The translations under genes and the position numbers were made by a program. DNA of 55,307 nt from an uncultured Candidatus Sumerlaeota bacterium (GTDB taxonomy: Bacteria; Bacillota; SLNR01): assembly GCA_964503545.1 (NCBI GenBank), contig CAZDAI010000001.1:1-55307 (forward strand), read 5' to 3'. Of this stretch, positions 54,617 through 55,307 are shown piece by piece; positions within the stretch are counted from its first letter, which is position 1, and every line of letters begins with the position of its first letter. Under the pieces are notes generated by a model. It worked only from the letters and a program-made list of their open reading frames with translations, did no database searches and had not been told where the DNA came from.

Positions 54617-55307
54617 TTATCTCTCGATGATTACTTTACGAACAGTACTCTGCCAGCTAACGTCAGCTCCCAATGTTTCACTGATAAATCGAATCGGAAC
54701 GAAGGTTCTCCCCCCCGAAACAACTGGCGTAACATCCAAGATCCTTTTTTGCCCATTTACATAAACAACTTTGGAGCCAATCGTCAATACCACAGACTGA
54801 TTATTCCCTTTGATCGTAACTTGCTTTTTATCTTGATTCCAAGAGACATCTGCACCCATGTTTTCTGAGACAAATCGAATAGGAAGCATAGTTCTGTGAG
54901 CCTGTGCATCGATATAAGGTTCAACATCCAAGATCATCGTTTTGTCATTGACAACTGTCTTCTTAGAACCTACTGTCAATGTGATCCGGAGATCGAAACT
55001 GGCTGCTGGTTCAGGATTAGCTGGAGTTTCCTGAGGAATCAAACTGCTCAGGTTGATGACACCATATCCGTAATGAGCAGTAGAGCCTGCCTGTTCTGCA
55101 CTTTCTCGCAGCGCACCACGTACTTGAACATTCGAGAATCCTGGGTTTTTCGCCCAAATCAATGCTGCCGCACCGGCAACGTGAGGTGCTGCCATGGATG
55201 TTCCACTAGCCAATGCATACCGGCTTCCCGGTATTGTTGAATATATTGATACCCCGGGAGCAGTTAATTCTAAGTCAGGTCCTGTAGCCGAAAATGAAGC
55301 GCGAGCA
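54617..55307 (-). CDS. subtilisin-like S8 serine protease, partial (N-terminus off-window), with two C-terminal Cu-amine-oxidase-N-like stalk domains
   Basis: GTSMAAPHVAGAAALI catalytic Ser motif. Two repeats of ..LPIRFVSENMGADVSWNQ.. and ..VPIRFISETLGADVSWQS... The ORF is open to the window end. Confidence 0.9.
   Translation of the reverse strand, partial: ARASFSATGPDLELTAPGVSIYSTIPGSRYALASGTSMAAPHVAGAAALIWAKNPGFSNVQVRGALRESAEQAGSTAHYGYGVINLSSLIPQETPANPEPAASFDLRITLTVGSKKTVVNDKTMILDVEPYIDAQAHRTMLPIRFVSENMGADVSWNQDKKQVTIKGNNQSVVLTIGSKVVYVNGQKRILDVTPVVSGGRTFVPIRFISETLGADVSWQSTVRKVIIER

Noticed and set aside
1-55307. CRISPR arrays, tRNA/rRNA genes, IS elements, integrases, prophage structural genes
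   Set aside because: Scanning the intergenic regions and ORF translations showed no regularly spaced repeats, no transposase or recombinase motifs and no phage structural proteins. The only mobile-element-like gene is the isolated primase-helicase.

Overview
This 55.3-kb chromosomal window comes from a Gram-positive, apparently anaerobic bacterium (Firmicutes/Clostridia). A Peptococcaceae/Desulfitobacteriaceae-like origin is suggested by the RDH/QueG-like Fe-S proteins, the ferredoxin and an S8 protease with Cu-amine-oxidase-type stalk domains, but this is inference only. Positions 1-28.8 kb are entirely minus-strand. They carry the conserved origin-proximal housekeeping block tilS-hpt-ftsH-(hotdog thioesterase)-folE-folP-folB-folK-nadC-birA-dmpA-coaX ... 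dusB-(regulator + two conserved genes)-greA-lysS. The block ends in a strong outward-facing promoter, probably for an rRNA operon just beyond the left edge. Two accessory catabolic operons interrupt it at 6.4-17.8 kb. The first encodes an RDH-like Fe-S protein, a CDO-like cupin, a 946-aa formyltransferase::ADP-forming acyl-CoA synthetase fusion, an amidohydrolase and a ferredoxin. The second encodes a carbamoylase, a hydantoinase, a hydantoin racemase, an ACT protein and an MBL hydrolase. The right half (28.9-55.3 kb) is a mixed-strand mosaic. It holds a non-cleavable XRE/S24-like regulator, xthA, a 0.7-kb non-coding gap, a patatin lipase convergent with an orphan Toprim-DnaB primase-helicase fusion, and a LiaF-like membrane protein. 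It continues with ybaK, an ABC(NMT1-type)/flavodoxin/CDP-alcohol-phosphatidyltransferase operon, a frameshifted EamA transporter remnant and a Zn-ribbon/HTH/Panacea(DUF4065) antitoxin-like gene. It also holds a complete THF-coupled histidine utilisation operon (hutH-hutU-formimidoyltransferase-hutI-cyclodeaminase) and a D-aminoacylase. Next come an ankyrin protein coupled to an RDH-like gene interrupted by an in-frame TGA, two small membrane proteins and a partial S8 protease. I saw no rRNA or tRNA genes, CRISPR arrays, IS elements or integrases. The best candidate for an undescribed system is the translationally coupled two-gene cassette at 47131-49505. It pairs a multidomain GIY-YIG nuclease-like protein with a tandem YfbR-type HD phosphohydrolase, inserted antiparallel between the hut operon and the D-aminoacylase gene. 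Secondary candidates are the orphan primase-helicase/patatin pair, the Panacea antitoxin-like gene with no recognisable toxin, and the formyltransferase-ACD fusion operon. All calls rest on reading the ORF translations and the DNA by eye; no database search was run.
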